Virus record (IMG/VR): IMGVR_UViG_3300042923_000762
Span: 1 to 63,480 of that record
Direction: 5' to 3' (one strand)
Length of the DNA: 63,480 bases
Source: a virus
Taxonomy: Duplodnaviria > Caudoviricetes
This document shows positions 9,534 through 20,186 of this stretch, piece after piece (positions within the stretch are counted from its first letter, which is position 1; each line of letters starts with the position of its first letter). A program made the position numbers and the translations under genes. The notes beneath the pieces are model-generated. The model was not told the DNA's origin. It saw only the letters and a program-made list of their open reading frames with translations, and ran no database searches.

Positions 9534-9863
9534 TTATTCACCTCCTCCTAGTATGACATAATTTAGTGTACTCTCAGCTAAATCCAACCGCTCTAATAGG
9601 GCTTGATTTTGTGCCTTGAGTATAGCTATCTGTTCTGCTTCAGTGGGATTACTGAAAATTTCGTTTACACCTTCAGCATCATAGAAACGCCCACCTACAT
9701 ATTTAAATCCAATACCTACAGGATAGAGAGTTGTATCTACTGCTATAGCATCTTCCCCATAGGTCAGTCTTGCTAACTCATTAGCAAGGGTGTAATTATC
9801 ACATACTACTATGTTCTGTATTACCTCATCTTTTATATAACTGAATATCTGATTAATGTACAT
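9534..9863 (-). CDS. Tail fibre-associated or chaperone-like protein
   Basis: VGIGFKYVGGRFY motif and C-terminal coiled coil; AAGGAGG before ATG 9863. Confidence 0.6.
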   Translation of the reverse strand: MYINQIFSYIKDEVIQNIVVCDNYTLANELARLTYGEDAIAVDTTLYPVGIGFKYVGGRFYDAEGVNEIFSNPTEAEQIAILKAQNQALLERLDLAESTLNYVILGGGE

Positions 9864-9877
9864 ATAATACCTCCTTA

Positions 9878-11533
9878 TCAACCATACTCTGCCCAACGAA
9901 TAACAACCACTCCAGAACCTCCAGGTAAACTAGCACCATTCCAATCACTAGCCCCGGCACCACCTCCTGTATTAGGTGTACCAGCTGTACCTACAGTACC
10001 TGCGTTACCACCACCCCCAGCACCACCTAAACCTTGATACTGTTGTGTACTTGGGCATATACTAGTTACCCAAGGACGGGAGCCACCACCTCCGCCAGCA
10101 TATAAGGTATTTCCCGCTTCAGCAAAGGCCCTAGTAGTAGACCCTTGTCCTGTACCGCCTGCAGTGTGTACTGAGTCGTTGAATCTACCTACAGTTCCTG
10201 TAGCACCATCAGAACCACCATTACCACCATAGTTATTACCTGAGCCACCTCCACCAGAACCACCAGCACCTGCAGAAATACCCAGATTCGATGATTGGCC
10301 ACCAACACCGCCTGCAGCAGATAGAACGGCGCCAAAAGAAGATGCTCCACCGCCTACCCCTTGGGAGCTCCAGGTTGAGGCTGCTGCGCCACCTGAGCCA
10401 ACCGTTATTGCATATTGTTGTCCCGGAGATACTGCATAGGCTTTTCTGGTGGCCGTGTAGCCACCACCTCCACCAGAGGCATAGGTGTTCATAGATGTAG
10501 CTCCACCACCACCAACACAGAATATATCTATTGAAGTTAGCAATGCGGGTATAGTCCAAACTTGTGATGAGGTGAAAGCATACTGTCCTGCGGCAAATCT
10601 GGTATTATGCGTGGCCACCATACCATCCCAAGCATCAGTCCAGGAGCCATCATTATTATGTAGGAAGACGCGATACCAGTATTGCGTTCCTTGAGCTAAC
10701 CCTGAATCTACAAAAGTACCTGCATTGGTTGTCCAAGAACCAATCAACACTGTGCCATCATTATATGCTGTTGGCCAACCAGTTGCCTTTCTTACTAAAT
10801 AAACAGCTCTTATGGGATCCGGTGAAGCGGTGTAGCTAAGCGTTATGCTGGTAGGTGTTCTTGCAGTAATTGATAGTGTAAGAGGAGTACAAACGGTTTC
10901 TCTGGCTGCCTGTTGTCCTGCATTAGTATTGGCAACAGACTCATAATTGTAAACAAAAGCCCTTACATAATACTTTGTGCCACCAGCTAAACCTGTTATT
11001 ACTGTGCTAGTTGCACTACCGTAATACCACTGCGTTCCATCAGTAGGTGAAGTAGGATAACTTCCCTGTTTATAAACAATAAGTACTCCACTATAAAATC
11101 CTATGGGAGCGGTCCACACTACAGATAAGCTTCCTGGAGTATTAGCAACATAACCAGCTTGGAAATTTGTAACTGGATTTGATATTGTTGCCCTTGATGC
11201 CTGAGCCCCTGTAGCTGTGGTATTATAATAAACTTTTGTCCCACTTGTGTTAGTTGCTTTTGCAAATGCCCTAACATAATAAGTCTCACCTCCAGTAAGA
11301 CCTGTTATGGTAGTGCTAGTAGCTCCGCCAGAATACCACACTGTGCCATCAGTAGGTGATGTAGGATAACTACCTGCCTTGAAAACTATCGTAGTGCCTA
11401 CAAACTTTTTACTTGTGGGATTAGTCCAGGTAACGGCTAAATTACCGGGAGTATTTGCAACATTGTTTACAGCTAGGGCAGTTACCTGATCTGTATAAAT
11501 TCTCGACGCAGTTGGAAATCTACTTACTATCAT
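9878..11533 (-). CDS. Tail fibre or receptor-binding protein with three FN3-like repeats and a glycine-rich C-terminal domain
   Basis: Repeated K.GSYPTSPTDGT.WY.G...ITGL.GG..YYVRAF units; GGGG-rich C-terminus ending GGSGVVVIRW. Confidence 0.8.
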   Translation of the reverse strand: MIVSRFPTASRIYTDQVTALAVNNVANTPGNLAVTWTNPTSKKFVGTTIVFKAGSYPTSPTDGTVWYSGGATSTTITGLTGGETYYVRAFAKATNTSGTKVYYNTTATGAQASRATISNPVTNFQAGYVANTPGSLSVVWTAPIGFYSGVLIVYKQGSYPTSPTDGTQWYYGSATSTVITGLAGGTKYYVRAFVYNYESVANTNAGQQAARETVCTPLTLSITARTPTSITLSYTASPDPIRAVYLVRKATGWPTAYNDGTVLIGSWTTNAGTFVDSGLAQGTQYWYRVFLHNNDGSWTDAWDGMVATHNTRFAAGQYAFTSSQVWTIPALLTSIDIFCVGGGGATSMNTYASGGGGGYTATRKAYAVSPGQQYAITVGSGGAAASTWSSQGVGGGASSFGAVLSAAGGVGGQSSNLGISAGAGGSGGGGSGNNYGGNGGSDGATGTVGRFNDSVHTAGGTGQGSTTRAFAEAGNTLYAGGGGGSRPWVTSICPSTQQYQGLGGAGGGGNAGTVGTAGTPNTGGGAGASDWNGASLPGGSGVVVIRWAEYG

Positions 11534-11543
11534 AAGTTTCCTC

Positions 11544-11912
11544 CTATCCTATAACCAAAACCGTTAGTGGAATGCTAACCGTCGGCTTTATGTCGAATGC
11601 AGACATTGTTATTGTATTTGTACCCTGGGCGGTACAAACCAATTGGGCGTCTGATGCAGCGGCCATCTGTGATGCTGTTATGTTTGCTGCCAAGGAAGCT
11701 ACTACTATATTTGTTGCTGTAGCTCCCGTGACGGTTATCTGTTGTGTAAATGGGGCTGAAGAACCAACCCAACCTGCTGAGGTTGCTGTAACGGCTAACG
11801 TAGTATGTTTCAGTGCCAGTATATTACCCTCGATGCGATTCATATCCGTAGCAGCAACTCCATCTGCACTAGACCAATTAGTTTTCGGTGTTTGCCATGC
11901 CATCCATACCAT
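11544..11912 (-). CDS. Tail protein
   Basis: WQTPKTNW...DMNRIEGNI motif typical of Firmicutes siphophage tail proteins. Confidence 0.7.
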   Translation of the reverse strand: MVWMAWQTPKTNWSSADGVAATDMNRIEGNILALKHTTLAVTATSAGWVGSSAPFTQQITVTGATATNIVVASLAANITASQMAAASDAQLVCTAQGTNTITMSAFDIKPTVSIPLTVLVIG

Positions 11913-11916
11913 CTCC

Positions 11917-14361
11917 TTACGTATTTAATTTTGCCTTGCCGTGTAATGATCCATCCCAAGATAACTCATGTCTTTTAATAAAATAATTTGTTGTTGGCGC
12001 TATACCATCTAACAATTCAATGGGATCATTGGGTGTTAATGCGATATTACCTCTATACTCTATATCAGTATCATAAATATCTAGTAGAGCATCTGCCAAA
12101 ATCTCTTCTGCTAAAGCTTTTGCAAAGTCTTCTTTTTGAATAAAGTCACTTCTAATTTCCGTAGTTACTGCACCATTTAACAAGATGTCGTTATCGTTCT
12201 TACGTGTAATCATTGTATTTTGTGTGGCTTCTATACAATCCGCCGCAGCATTGATTGCTGTTACATTGCCCGTACCAGTAAATGTAATGATACATCCCCA
12301 GCTAAATACTTGGTAAGTATAGGCAACTGTGGCATCCGCTGTAATAGAAAGTACAAAATTACTCACAATAGGATTCTCTGAGGTTATCATCTTTATATTG
12401 TGTTCCGTGACTGAAAAGGTACTTGTGTCCGACGATATTGACATATTCTGTATTCTTATCTGGGTTAAATATACATTGATATTATTAGGAACAACTGTAT
12501 TTAATGTGGGGTATGTTTTACTAGTAACATTTGTGTCATCTGTCCAAGTATCATATTTCGTACCAGTATATTTATACCTTTGTCTTACAATAATTCTTCC
12601 TAATCTATCACAATATATATTAATTCTTGCACACCGTGCTAATCTTTCTAGTGCCGCCATATGCATCCCATATTTGAACCACGCATAGGGGATTATTACA
12701 TTATACAGTTCATCGTCTATGAGCCACTCTAATTCACTGTATTGTGTCTTAGCATCTAGGAGTACTATTTCTGCCAGCTGCCCCATTGAATGATTAATGT
12801 ATACTTGATGATTCAAGAATGGTGTCGTGTTAAGTAATCCCAAAGTGTCAAATGCGGTTACTTTGGCATGCAGCCCGCGGACAGGTACATCCCAATTGTA
12901 TGACCAAAAAACACCTAGTGGATACCACTCTAATAACTCGCCAATATATACACCTAAATATGGAAGTATTCTTCTATTCTTCTTTAACTGTTTTGCTATC
13001 AAGGAGTCGTTATTATTAAAGTAGAATTGTCCATCAGTGTTAGTCAATAGAAGTGTTAGTTCATTAGATGATACACCACCCAAAGATTCTACGCCATCAT
13101 TGTACGTTAACTCTTCTAAAAGGTCCATGCTTATTATATCCTCTTGCTCATACCACATTATGGAACTTAGCGTTATTTCGGTAATATTAGCTGGTGTAAA
13201 TGGTTTATTGATCGTGTGAACGGCTATTTCTATCTGTGTCACTTCAACCAATGGTACGTTTGTTACGAGGCATTCGTAATCTTCATTATCTACAAAGTCG
13301 TAAACTACCGTATCGCCATTACTTACTACTCTAACCGTAAAATCTACTAACAGGATATCCATTAACCTACTACTACTAATTGATAATGACTGTATGAACC
13401 TTGGACTGAATGATACCGTTAATGTAGGATCCTCTTCAAAGCCACAGTATACTTGTGATAACTCTGACGACCACCAACCCGTTTTAGAATCATCTCCTAT
13501 TAGTTTAAATGATGAATCACTTAACACATTATCGTATAACATGAAATACTTATTAGTTACTTCTTTCGCTCCATCAAGAAGACTTTCTACTGAGGTGTTA
13601 TAAGCCACCCCATTAGTTGCTGTAGTGAAATTCATATCCAACAGTGGATTCATATAAGAAATCATTACCTTACCATAAACTCTTCTCGAGGCGTCACGCA
13701 TAACACTGTGGATATTAGTTGGCGCGGCTTCTATCTCTAAGTTACTTATTAACGTATCAGTATCATTTAATAATACGGTAACTAGATCATTTGTTTCAAC
13801 TACTACACTAAGGACATCATTGGATGTCTTTTGTAATAATAAAGATATAGAAGTGGAACTATCCTGCCTAACTGTGAGTGTTTCTGCTCTAATGATCATG
13901 TGGGTGTTATACACACTATTCAGGCGCATCGTATAGTTAGCCTTATTAATTTTGGTAACCGATACTGTATAACTTGTTACATCGTATACTTGCGTTAGGG
14001 GTAAGAGCCAATCTACATCAACGTTGTCCGTTACCACTTGTTGATACAATTGAGTTGCACCATTGTATAGCGTTACGGTAAAGTCTACAGGATAAACATC
14101 ATTGCCCGTATCACCTTTAACGTGTAGGGCATGAATAGAGGTAACTCCTGTAACTGTTATTAGTATCTCAGTGGCAAATACCCCAGTAGAATCAGAAAGT
14201 GTAGCACTCCATAGAGGAGTGCTACTTCCAAGGACTTTAAAAGTACCATCCAAAAAATTGTCATGTAACGAAAAATACTTACTATCATCCACGAAGCTTT
14301 CTGTTTCTATTCCGCTATACGAGGGTGTAGCATAGTTAATACTGTTTGATACAACGGACAT
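11917..14361 (-). CDS. Tail tip or baseplate hub protein with a duplicated N-terminal beta domain
   Basis: Position downstream of the distal tail gene; YPLGVFW, IYCDRLG, YRGNIAL motifs. Confidence 0.7.
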   Translation of the reverse strand: MSVVSNSINYATPSYSGIETESFVDDSKYFSLHDNFLDGTFKVLGSSTPLWSATLSDSTGVFATEILITVTGVTSIHALHVKGDTGNDVYPVDFTVTLYNGATQLYQQVVTDNVDVDWLLPLTQVYDVTSYTVSVTKINKANYTMRLNSVYNTHMIIRAETLTVRQDSSTSISLLLQKTSNDVLSVVVETNDLVTVLLNDTDTLISNLEIEAAPTNIHSVMRDASRRVYGKVMISYMNPLLDMNFTTATNGVAYNTSVESLLDGAKEVTNKYFMLYDNVLSDSSFKLIGDDSKTGWWSSELSQVYCGFEEDPTLTVSFSPRFIQSLSISSSRLMDILLVDFTVRVVSNGDTVVYDFVDNEDYECLVTNVPLVEVTQIEIAVHTINKPFTPANITEITLSSIMWYEQEDIISMDLLEELTYNDGVESLGGVSSNELTLLLTNTDGQFYFNNNDSLIAKQLKKNRRILPYLGVYIGELLEWYPLGVFWSYNWDVPVRGLHAKVTAFDTLGLLNTTPFLNHQVYINHSMGQLAEIVLLDAKTQYSELEWLIDDELYNVIIPYAWFKYGMHMAALERLARCARINIYCDRLGRIIVRQRYKYTGTKYDTWTDDTNVTSKTYPTLNTVVPNNINVYLTQIRIQNMSISSDTSTFSVTEHNIKMITSENPIVSNFVLSITADATVAYTYQVFSWGCIITFTGTGNVTAINAAADCIEATQNTMITRKNDNDILLNGAVTTEIRSDFIQKEDFAKALAEEILADALLDIYDTDIEYRGNIALTPNDPIELLDGIAPTTNYFIKRHELSWDGSLHGKAKLNT

Positions 14362-14382
14362 TTAGCTACACCTCCCTCGTTG

Positions 14383-14757
14383 TTATGCCGTAGCGAACGT
14401 TACTGCAACAGTGAAAATCCAGGTTTGGTTTGAAAGCTTAGCCCCGTTATTTTCAACTGTTCTATTTAGCATTACACCTCCTGTGGGAGCGTTAAAAATT
14501 CCCCACTCTTGCCAAGGAAAATTTCCTACGTCAGTGCCAAAAGTAGCTCTATAAGTCACTGTAGCTCCCGATACTTGTGGATATGTAGGATCCATTATTA
14601 CCCTGGATTTATTGGTACCTTGCAGGTCCACCTGTTCTATACCAAAAGCGGTGGTACTATCTCCCACACCAATATAAGTATTTGCTGTATTGAAAGGTGT
14701 ACCTATACCCGAAACAATGTTTGCTAAATAAGTTAATGCTGCATTTGTGATTGCCAT
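14383..14757 (-). CDS. Tail or baseplate protein
   Basis: YIGVGDS, ATFG...NFPWQEWGIFNA...MLNR motifs. Confidence 0.7.
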   Translation of the reverse strand: MAITNAALTYLANIVSGIGTPFNTANTYIGVGDSTTAFGIEQVDLQGTNKSRVIMDPTYPQVSGATVTYRATFGTDVGNFPWQEWGIFNAPTGGVMLNRTVENNGAKLSNQTWIFTVAVTFATA

Positions 14758-14885
14758 AATTGCTGTGCCTCCTCTCCACTTAATTCAACTTCATGTTGTT
14801 CTAGTGTTGTTATCCCGGTGGTATGGTCTATTTTTTCAATGTTTACCGAGATTTTTGCTTTTAGGCCCACCTGTGTTTCTGTCAT
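14733..14885 (-). CDS. Small tail-region protein (50 aa, not in ORF track)
   Basis: MTETQVGLKAKISVNIEK...; GAGGTG RBS; fills the operon gap. Confidence 0.6.
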   Translation of the reverse strand: MTETQVGLKAKISVNIEKIDHTTGITTLEQHEVELSGEEAQQLWQSQMQH

Positions 14886-14889
14886 GATA

Positions 14890-15249
14890 TCACCTCTCAA
14901 TCAAACTAAATGATACTCCCTTCCAAACGGTTTCTATATTTCTGCCCGCTCGATGTAAATCAGAAGGTATAGCACCTACATATACTGTAGCTTTTACTTT
15001 TTTGTCGCCATCCGTATATTCTAATGTATGGAACAGCTCTTTTGTCTCCCATAAGATATCCAGGATAACATCAAACTCTGATGCTCTTATAGCGTCATAC
15101 TTGAAGTTAAACTTCCTCTTTGACGCTATATAGTCACCATTCATTAAACCCGCAGCATTACGCTCTAGGGTTGTAAGATGAAAGCGTTCGACACCAAAGC
15201 CACCATGTGGATTTTTAATTACAATTCCATCAAGTTTAATTTCAGTCAT
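14890..15249 (-). CDS. Distal tail protein-like
   Basis: Immediately after the tape measure; RNAAGLM and FSLIER motifs. Confidence 0.7.
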   Translation of the reverse strand: MTEIKLDGIVIKNPHGGFGVERFHLTTLERNAAGLMNGDYIASKRKFNFKYDAIRASEFDVILDILWETKELFHTLEYTDGDKKVKATVYVGAIPSDLHRAGRNIETVWKGVSFSLIER

Positions 15250-15250
15250 C

Positions 15251-18200
15251 TTATAACCCCTTTCTTGTATTTTCCTGCGTTTCGATTATTTGCATCTTCT
15301 TATTTAATTCTTTTAATCCTCTTTCATCGGCTACCAAGGTACCCACATACAGAGGGCGTAAATCACTATTCTTGGTTGCATTCATAGAAGCCACGATAGG
15401 AGCTAAGGTGGAAGCTAACTCCCCTGAAATAGCTTCAACGAACGGGCGCATCGCACTTGGATTCTGTAAAGGAATAACAGCTTCTGCCTTGTTGCCCTCT
15501 GCAAATCTGGCCCAATGCTCTCTATTGAATATACCACCCAAAGCATGTCCTTTTGGCTTAGATGCACTACCTGCTGATGATGTAGTTGTTGTTTTAGTCG
15601 TGGTTGTAGGCGTATCATATTTAGAGGTGTCCGTGGAATCTGCACTACTCTTTAAACTTAAGAAGTCCTTAATCTTACTGATACCGGAATCCAACCACCC
15701 AAAGAGTTTATTAAATACATTATCCCACAGATTACCTATCCAGCCAGTAAAGACACTATAAATATTGCCTATTCCTTCTTTAACGGAATCGTACATGTCT
15801 GTGATGCTAGTCTTGATGTTATTATACATGTCCCCGAAGAAAGATTTAACACTGTCAAAAGCTGCACTGACATTTGTCTTGATGGCTTCATAAATATCAC
15901 CAAAAAGTAATACTACATAATCATAGGCATTCTTAACCCATGTACTGATTGAAGTATAAATGCCTGCGAAGAATTGCTCAATACTATCTTTTAATTGAGT
16001 GACAGTTCCAATTACGGCATCCTTCATATCAGAGAACCAAGTTCCTAAAGCATCCATCAGAGGCTTTACAATGCTCGTTATCTTATCCTTCAGTTTCTGG
16101 AATTTATCTTCTAACCAATCCTTCCAATTATTGACGACTGTTTTAATTACTTCTACCGCGTCCTTAATCTTCTTCGATATAGCATCCCATATATCCGTGA
16201 CAAAGGTTTTAATATTCTCTAATACCTCAGAAATCTTAGTGTATATTGCGTCCCAGGTAGTACTTATGAATGTACTAATGCTTTCCATAATACCTGAAAT
16301 TTTTCCATAAATCCAATCCCAGGCTATTTGAATGAGCATCATAATAATATCTAGTACACCTTTTATAACTTCCCAAATCTCGCCCCATACAGTAGAGATC
16401 GCATCAAATATATCTTTCAATACAATACCAACCGCCTTGAAGATGTCGGTAAACACAGCGGACACTGCATCATAGATACCCTCAAATATTTCTATTATAG
16501 GGGCAAAGAAAGTAGCCAGCGCTGCGAGTAAAGCCACTAAAATAGTACCAATCAAAGTACCTATATTGGTAATTACTGTGTCAATCCAAGTAGTTATACC
16601 TGTCCACAATGATGCTAGCCCTTCTGTAATACTGGTCCATAGATCTGTGAAGAAGGTGCCTATGGATGTAAAGAAACTAGTAAAGAAGTCACCCACAGCT
16701 GAAACCGCATTAGTAAAGAAGGTAGAAATGCTATCCCATAGGTTAGTAAAAAATGTAGCTATTGCTGTGCCTATATTGCCAAAGAATGTAACTATTGCGT
16801 CCCAGTTAGTTACGATTAAGCCAGATATAGCTCCTACAGCGACGCCAATTAAAGCACCTACTCCAGCTCCAATGGGACCTCCCAAAGCACCGATAGCAGC
16901 TCCTATAGCCGCTCCTCCGGCAAGTCCCCCCGACCCCCCTAGTATAGCTCCTTTTAATCCGTTAGATAGCTTATCCCAGAAAGTACCTACTATGTCACCT
17001 ACCAAAGCCCCAATGCCGGTACCAATTAAGGGATTACCAACGAATGCTCCTAAGATACCTCCGATGACAGCCCCTATACCTACGCCTGCAGCTGCGGTCT
17101 TCCATTCTTTGACTGTTTCGTCCCAGAATAGACCAACGATGCCTGCCGACAGTAAACCAATACCTCCACCGATTAATGCTCCAGCAGGACCCCCGAGGAG
17201 CGCGCCTATAACACCTCCTATAGCTAAACCAATAGTGGATCCTATTGTAGCGTCTGAAGCATCACCGACACCAAAGGCTTCGGCTAAACCTGCCCATAGG
17301 AAATGAGACAGTCCAGCTGCAAGTGAACCCACGGCCGCACCAATGAGTGCTCCGGGCACGCCGCCAAGTACCCCTCCGATCGCTGCTCCTATACCTAAGC
17401 CTACAGCCGAAGCATATGAAGCTTGACCAGCATCACCAACACCAAACAAATCTACCAGTTTAGACCAAAGAAGCGTTTGTAATCCAATGGCTAATGCACC
17501 TACAGCTGCTCCAATGACTTTACCTACTGGGCCTCCTAGGATTCCTCCTATGACGCCACCAATAGCGGCTCCTATTGCAACTGCGGCAGCCTGATCAGGA
17601 TCGACTCCAAAGGCTTTACACAGTTCAGGCCAAAACATTGCTACTAAAGCGGCACATAAACCTATCCAAGGATTACCAATAAGTAATCCAGTAAGAAGTC
17701 CAGCGATGATAGCTGCCAGACCGGAATTTTTAATACGGGTCTTGACCCCTTCAATCCAAGCATCCCAAGCTGTATTCCAACCATCAAAAGAAAAATCAAA
17801 ACCAGATAAATCTAATCCAGCTGCGGCATCCGTCAGTCCATTAATTTGATCCGTTAATGCATCTAGGTTAAGACCTCCTAAACTACTAAGAGCTTCCGCA
17901 TCACTGGAAGTATCCTTTGTGGTATAAACTTCATCGAAAGATTGATTAAATGATTTCTTTGATTTCTTACCGGCTTCCTCTGCCGCTTTTCCTATATCAG
18001 CGAAACCTGCTTGTGTATCCTTCAATGATTTATTGTATTGATCAACACTTGAAGATGCTCCTGATGAAGGCTGTAATATCTTAGTTACATCAACATTAAC
18101 CAAACTTGCTAGTTGAGCAAATTTAGCTCGTATTGTATCTACTAAACTAATGACTGCTTGTTTAGCTTTACCACTAGCAATTACTAATCCCATAACTACC

Positions 18201-19933
18201 AGGATGATTGCTGCAATCACTAAATTCACTTTAGATGCTAATGCCCACACACCTAATATCTTAATAGCTTTAGCTAAAGCTATAACAGATTGAGCTACCA
18301 TACTACATATGGTACCTAAACCCGTTATCTTCCAGAACCACATAAGTAATCCGCCAACTGAACGGGCAATAAATAATCCCACGAAGGCGGAAACTAATGT
18401 CCTTATTGCAGGCACATTAAGTACAGACCAATGAAGTAATTTAGTTAATGCATTTATTGTTGCTACTAATCCAGGTAGTATTCCGTTTAGACCCGAGGAG
18501 GCAAACTTAAGAAATTCACCCGTCAAGGCTTTAACTGTATATTTTATGTGTGTAAGGCTTTCTTTCAGAGCAGCTATAGTACCAATGGTACGCCTTAAGC
18601 CGTCTTCTAATTCATCTGGGATGAGGGCTTCAAATATTCCACCAGGCCCGTATTGCCTAGCTATCTGTGCTAAGGTCTTTAATGCATCAGCTAAATCAAC
18701 TACTTTATCCCTGATATACTCATAAGGAGTTTTAGCTAATATCTGTGACAATACGTAGAAGGCATCTGTTGCTGATTGTGCTGCCCCCTTTAATGTGGTT
18801 GTCATTTCTAATGCAGCTCCGCCATATCTCTTTTCAAGACCAGCTAAAATAGCCATAACAGCTTTTGTAGAATCAACAGACTCTTCACCAATGTGAGAAA
18901 TTTGTTCCGCTGTCAAGCCTAACTCTTCTTGTAATATGTCGTAAATAGGTACATTAGAGTTAATTAACTGTCTAACTTCCTGCATCTTAACTGTTCCTGA
19001 TTGAAGCATCTGCCCTATAGCCAACGTAATGTTGTCTATCTTTTCGGTCATTTCTCCACCAGCAACGGCGGCAGTGTCAGCTAAGACACGTAATACAGAG
19101 ATTGTGCTTTCTGCTTGAAATCCCATGTTCATTAACATTCTGGCTGCATTACTAGCCGACTCAGTTGTCATAGGGGACTCAACAGCGAAATCTTGTAATG
19201 CCTGTAAGAATCCACTACCGGCTTTATCACTTCCTAATAGATACTTGAATGCAATTTGGGATTGCTCCATGTTTTGCATAAAATCGGAAGATCCTGCAAC
19301 AAGATTTTGCATAACATTTAAAAGACGATAGAAGCTCTGAGAGATTACAATACCACTTATAATCCTCTTTAAGTCTTTCGCATAACTATTAGCTGCACTA
19401 AGATTGGATGTTATTTTGTAAATACTGTTTGCGGCTTTATTTGCGGAAGATTGTGTTCCTTTGGTACTATTATTTAATCCACCCATACTACCGGATGCAT
19501 TACGAATTCCTTGACCTAACTTTCGAATATTAGTTACAGCCCTGTTAATACCCGTTGCTGTATTGTTGGCATTTGTGCTAGTTTTCTGTAGTTGTTGATT
19601 GGTCTGCGATGCTGAATTAGTAGCTGCTGTAAATTGCCCGGCTAAGGCGGAAGTTGAATTTACCACTGTTGTGAATTGGGCTAATTGGGTATTCAAATTC
19701 TTCATTGTAGCACTGAAGTTAGAGGCATTAGCTTGTAACTTTCGTATTGCTGTAGTTAATTGCCTAACTTCTGTCGTCATAGTAGAAAAGCCTTGGGAAC
19801 TTACATTTCCCAAGGCATTCTTTAACTGCGTGCTAAATTCTTTAACCGAACCTACAGCATCCTTCATTCCTTTTGAAAACTGAGCATAATTCAATGACAA
19901 TCTTGCTTGTAGGGTTCCTACTTCTGTTGCCAT
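15251..19933 (-). CDS. Tape measure protein
   Basis: About 1560 aa, Ala/Gly-rich, Trp/Phe periodic repeats, GxxxG hydrophobic repeats; follows the tail chaperone. Confidence 0.93.
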   Translation of the reverse strand: MATEVGTLQARLSLNYAQFSKGMKDAVGSVKEFSTQLKNALGNVSSQGFSTMTTEVRQLTTAIRKLQANASNFSATMKNLNTQLAQFTTVVNSTSALAGQFTAATNSASQTNQQLQKTSTNANNTATGINRAVTNIRKLGQGIRNASGSMGGLNNSTKGTQSSANKAANSIYKITSNLSAANSYAKDLKRIISGIVISQSFYRLLNVMQNLVAGSSDFMQNMEQSQIAFKYLLGSDKAGSGFLQALQDFAVESPMTTESASNAARMLMNMGFQAESTISVLRVLADTAAVAGGEMTEKIDNITLAIGQMLQSGTVKMQEVRQLINSNVPIYDILQEELGLTAEQISHIGEESVDSTKAVMAILAGLEKRYGGAALEMTTTLKGAAQSATDAFYVLSQILAKTPYEYIRDKVVDLADALKTLAQIARQYGPGGIFEALIPDELEDGLRRTIGTIAALKESLTHIKYTVKALTGEFLKFASSGLNGILPGLVATINALTKLLHWSVLNVPAIRTLVSAFVGLFIARSVGGLLMWFWKITGLGTICSMVAQSVIALAKAIKILGVWALASKVNLVIAAIILVVMGLVIASGKAKQAVISLVDTIRAKFAQLASLVNVDVTKILQPSSGASSSVDQYNKSLKDTQAGFADIGKAAEEAGKKSKKSFNQSFDEVYTTKDTSSDAEALSSLGGLNLDALTDQINGLTDAAAGLDLSGFDFSFDGWNTAWDAWIEGVKTRIKNSGLAAIIAGLLTGLLIGNPWIGLCAALVAMFWPELCKAFGVDPDQAAAVAIGAAIGGVIGGILGGPVGKVIGAAVGALAIGLQTLLWSKLVDLFGVGDAGQASYASAVGLGIGAAIGGVLGGVPGALIGAAVGSLAAGLSHFLWAGLAEAFGVGDASDATIGSTIGLAIGGVIGALLGGPAGALIGGGIGLLSAGIVGLFWDETVKEWKTAAAGVGIGAVIGGILGAFVGNPLIGTGIGALVGDIVGTFWDKLSNGLKGAILGGSGGLAGGAAIGAAIGALGGPIGAGVGALIGVAVGAISGLIVTNWDAIVTFFGNIGTAIATFFTNLWDSISTFFTNAVSAVGDFFTSFFTSIGTFFTDLWTSITEGLASLWTGITTWIDTVITNIGTLIGTILVALLAALATFFAPIIEIFEGIYDAVSAVFTDIFKAVGIVLKDIFDAISTVWGEIWEVIKGVLDIIMMLIQIAWDWIYGKISGIMESISTFISTTWDAIYTKISEVLENIKTFVTDIWDAISKKIKDAVEVIKTVVNNWKDWLEDKFQKLKDKITSIVKPLMDALGTWFSDMKDAVIGTVTQLKDSIEQFFAGIYTSISTWVKNAYDYVVLLFGDIYEAIKTNVSAAFDSVKSFFGDMYNNIKTSITDMYDSVKEGIGNIYSVFTGWIGNLWDNVFNKLFGWLDSGISKIKDFLSLKSSADSTDTSKYDTPTTTTKTTTTSSAGSASKPKGHALGGIFNREHWARFAEGNKAEAVIPLQNPSAMRPFVEAISGELASTLAPIVASMNATKNSDLRPLYVGTLVADERGLKELNKKMQIIETQENTRKGL

Positions 19934-19949
19934 CAAAATCACTCCCTTC

Positions 19950-20186
19950 TTATAGAATTTGGTCGATGTAAGAATCTGGTGAACCTACACCCTCTCCTGA
20001 AGAGGCGGATGTCGATTTTGCATTTCTTGTTCCTTTACCTGGACTATTTAAATCCACATGTACTTTACACAATGCATTAAATTTACGGGGGGTAATCTTC
20101 CAAAACATTGCAGGCGACATTTTTAATATTACTGTTGCTACGTAATAATATAAAGGCCAATCCCATGTCTTAGAAGGGATTACGGG
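19950..20186 (-). CDS. Tail assembly chaperone -1 frameshift extension (gpT-like; not in ORF track)
   Basis: The -1 frame reads PVIPSKTWDWPLYYYVATVILKMSPAMFWKITPRKFNAL...IDQIL*; slippery C CCA AAC at 20192-20186. Confidence 0.85.
   Translation of the reverse strand, partial: PVIPSKTWDWPLYYYVATVILKMSPAMFWKITPRKFNALCKVHVDLNSPGKGTRNAKSTSASSGEGVGSPDSYIDQIL

Noticed and set aside
9878-11533. Diversity-generating retroelement target
   Set aside because: No reverse transcriptase and no template/variable repeat pair with adenine-specific mismatches were seen.
16566-17306. 246-aa Pro-rich plus-strand ORF
   Set aside because: It is an antisense shadow of the Gly/Ala repeats in the tape measure gene.
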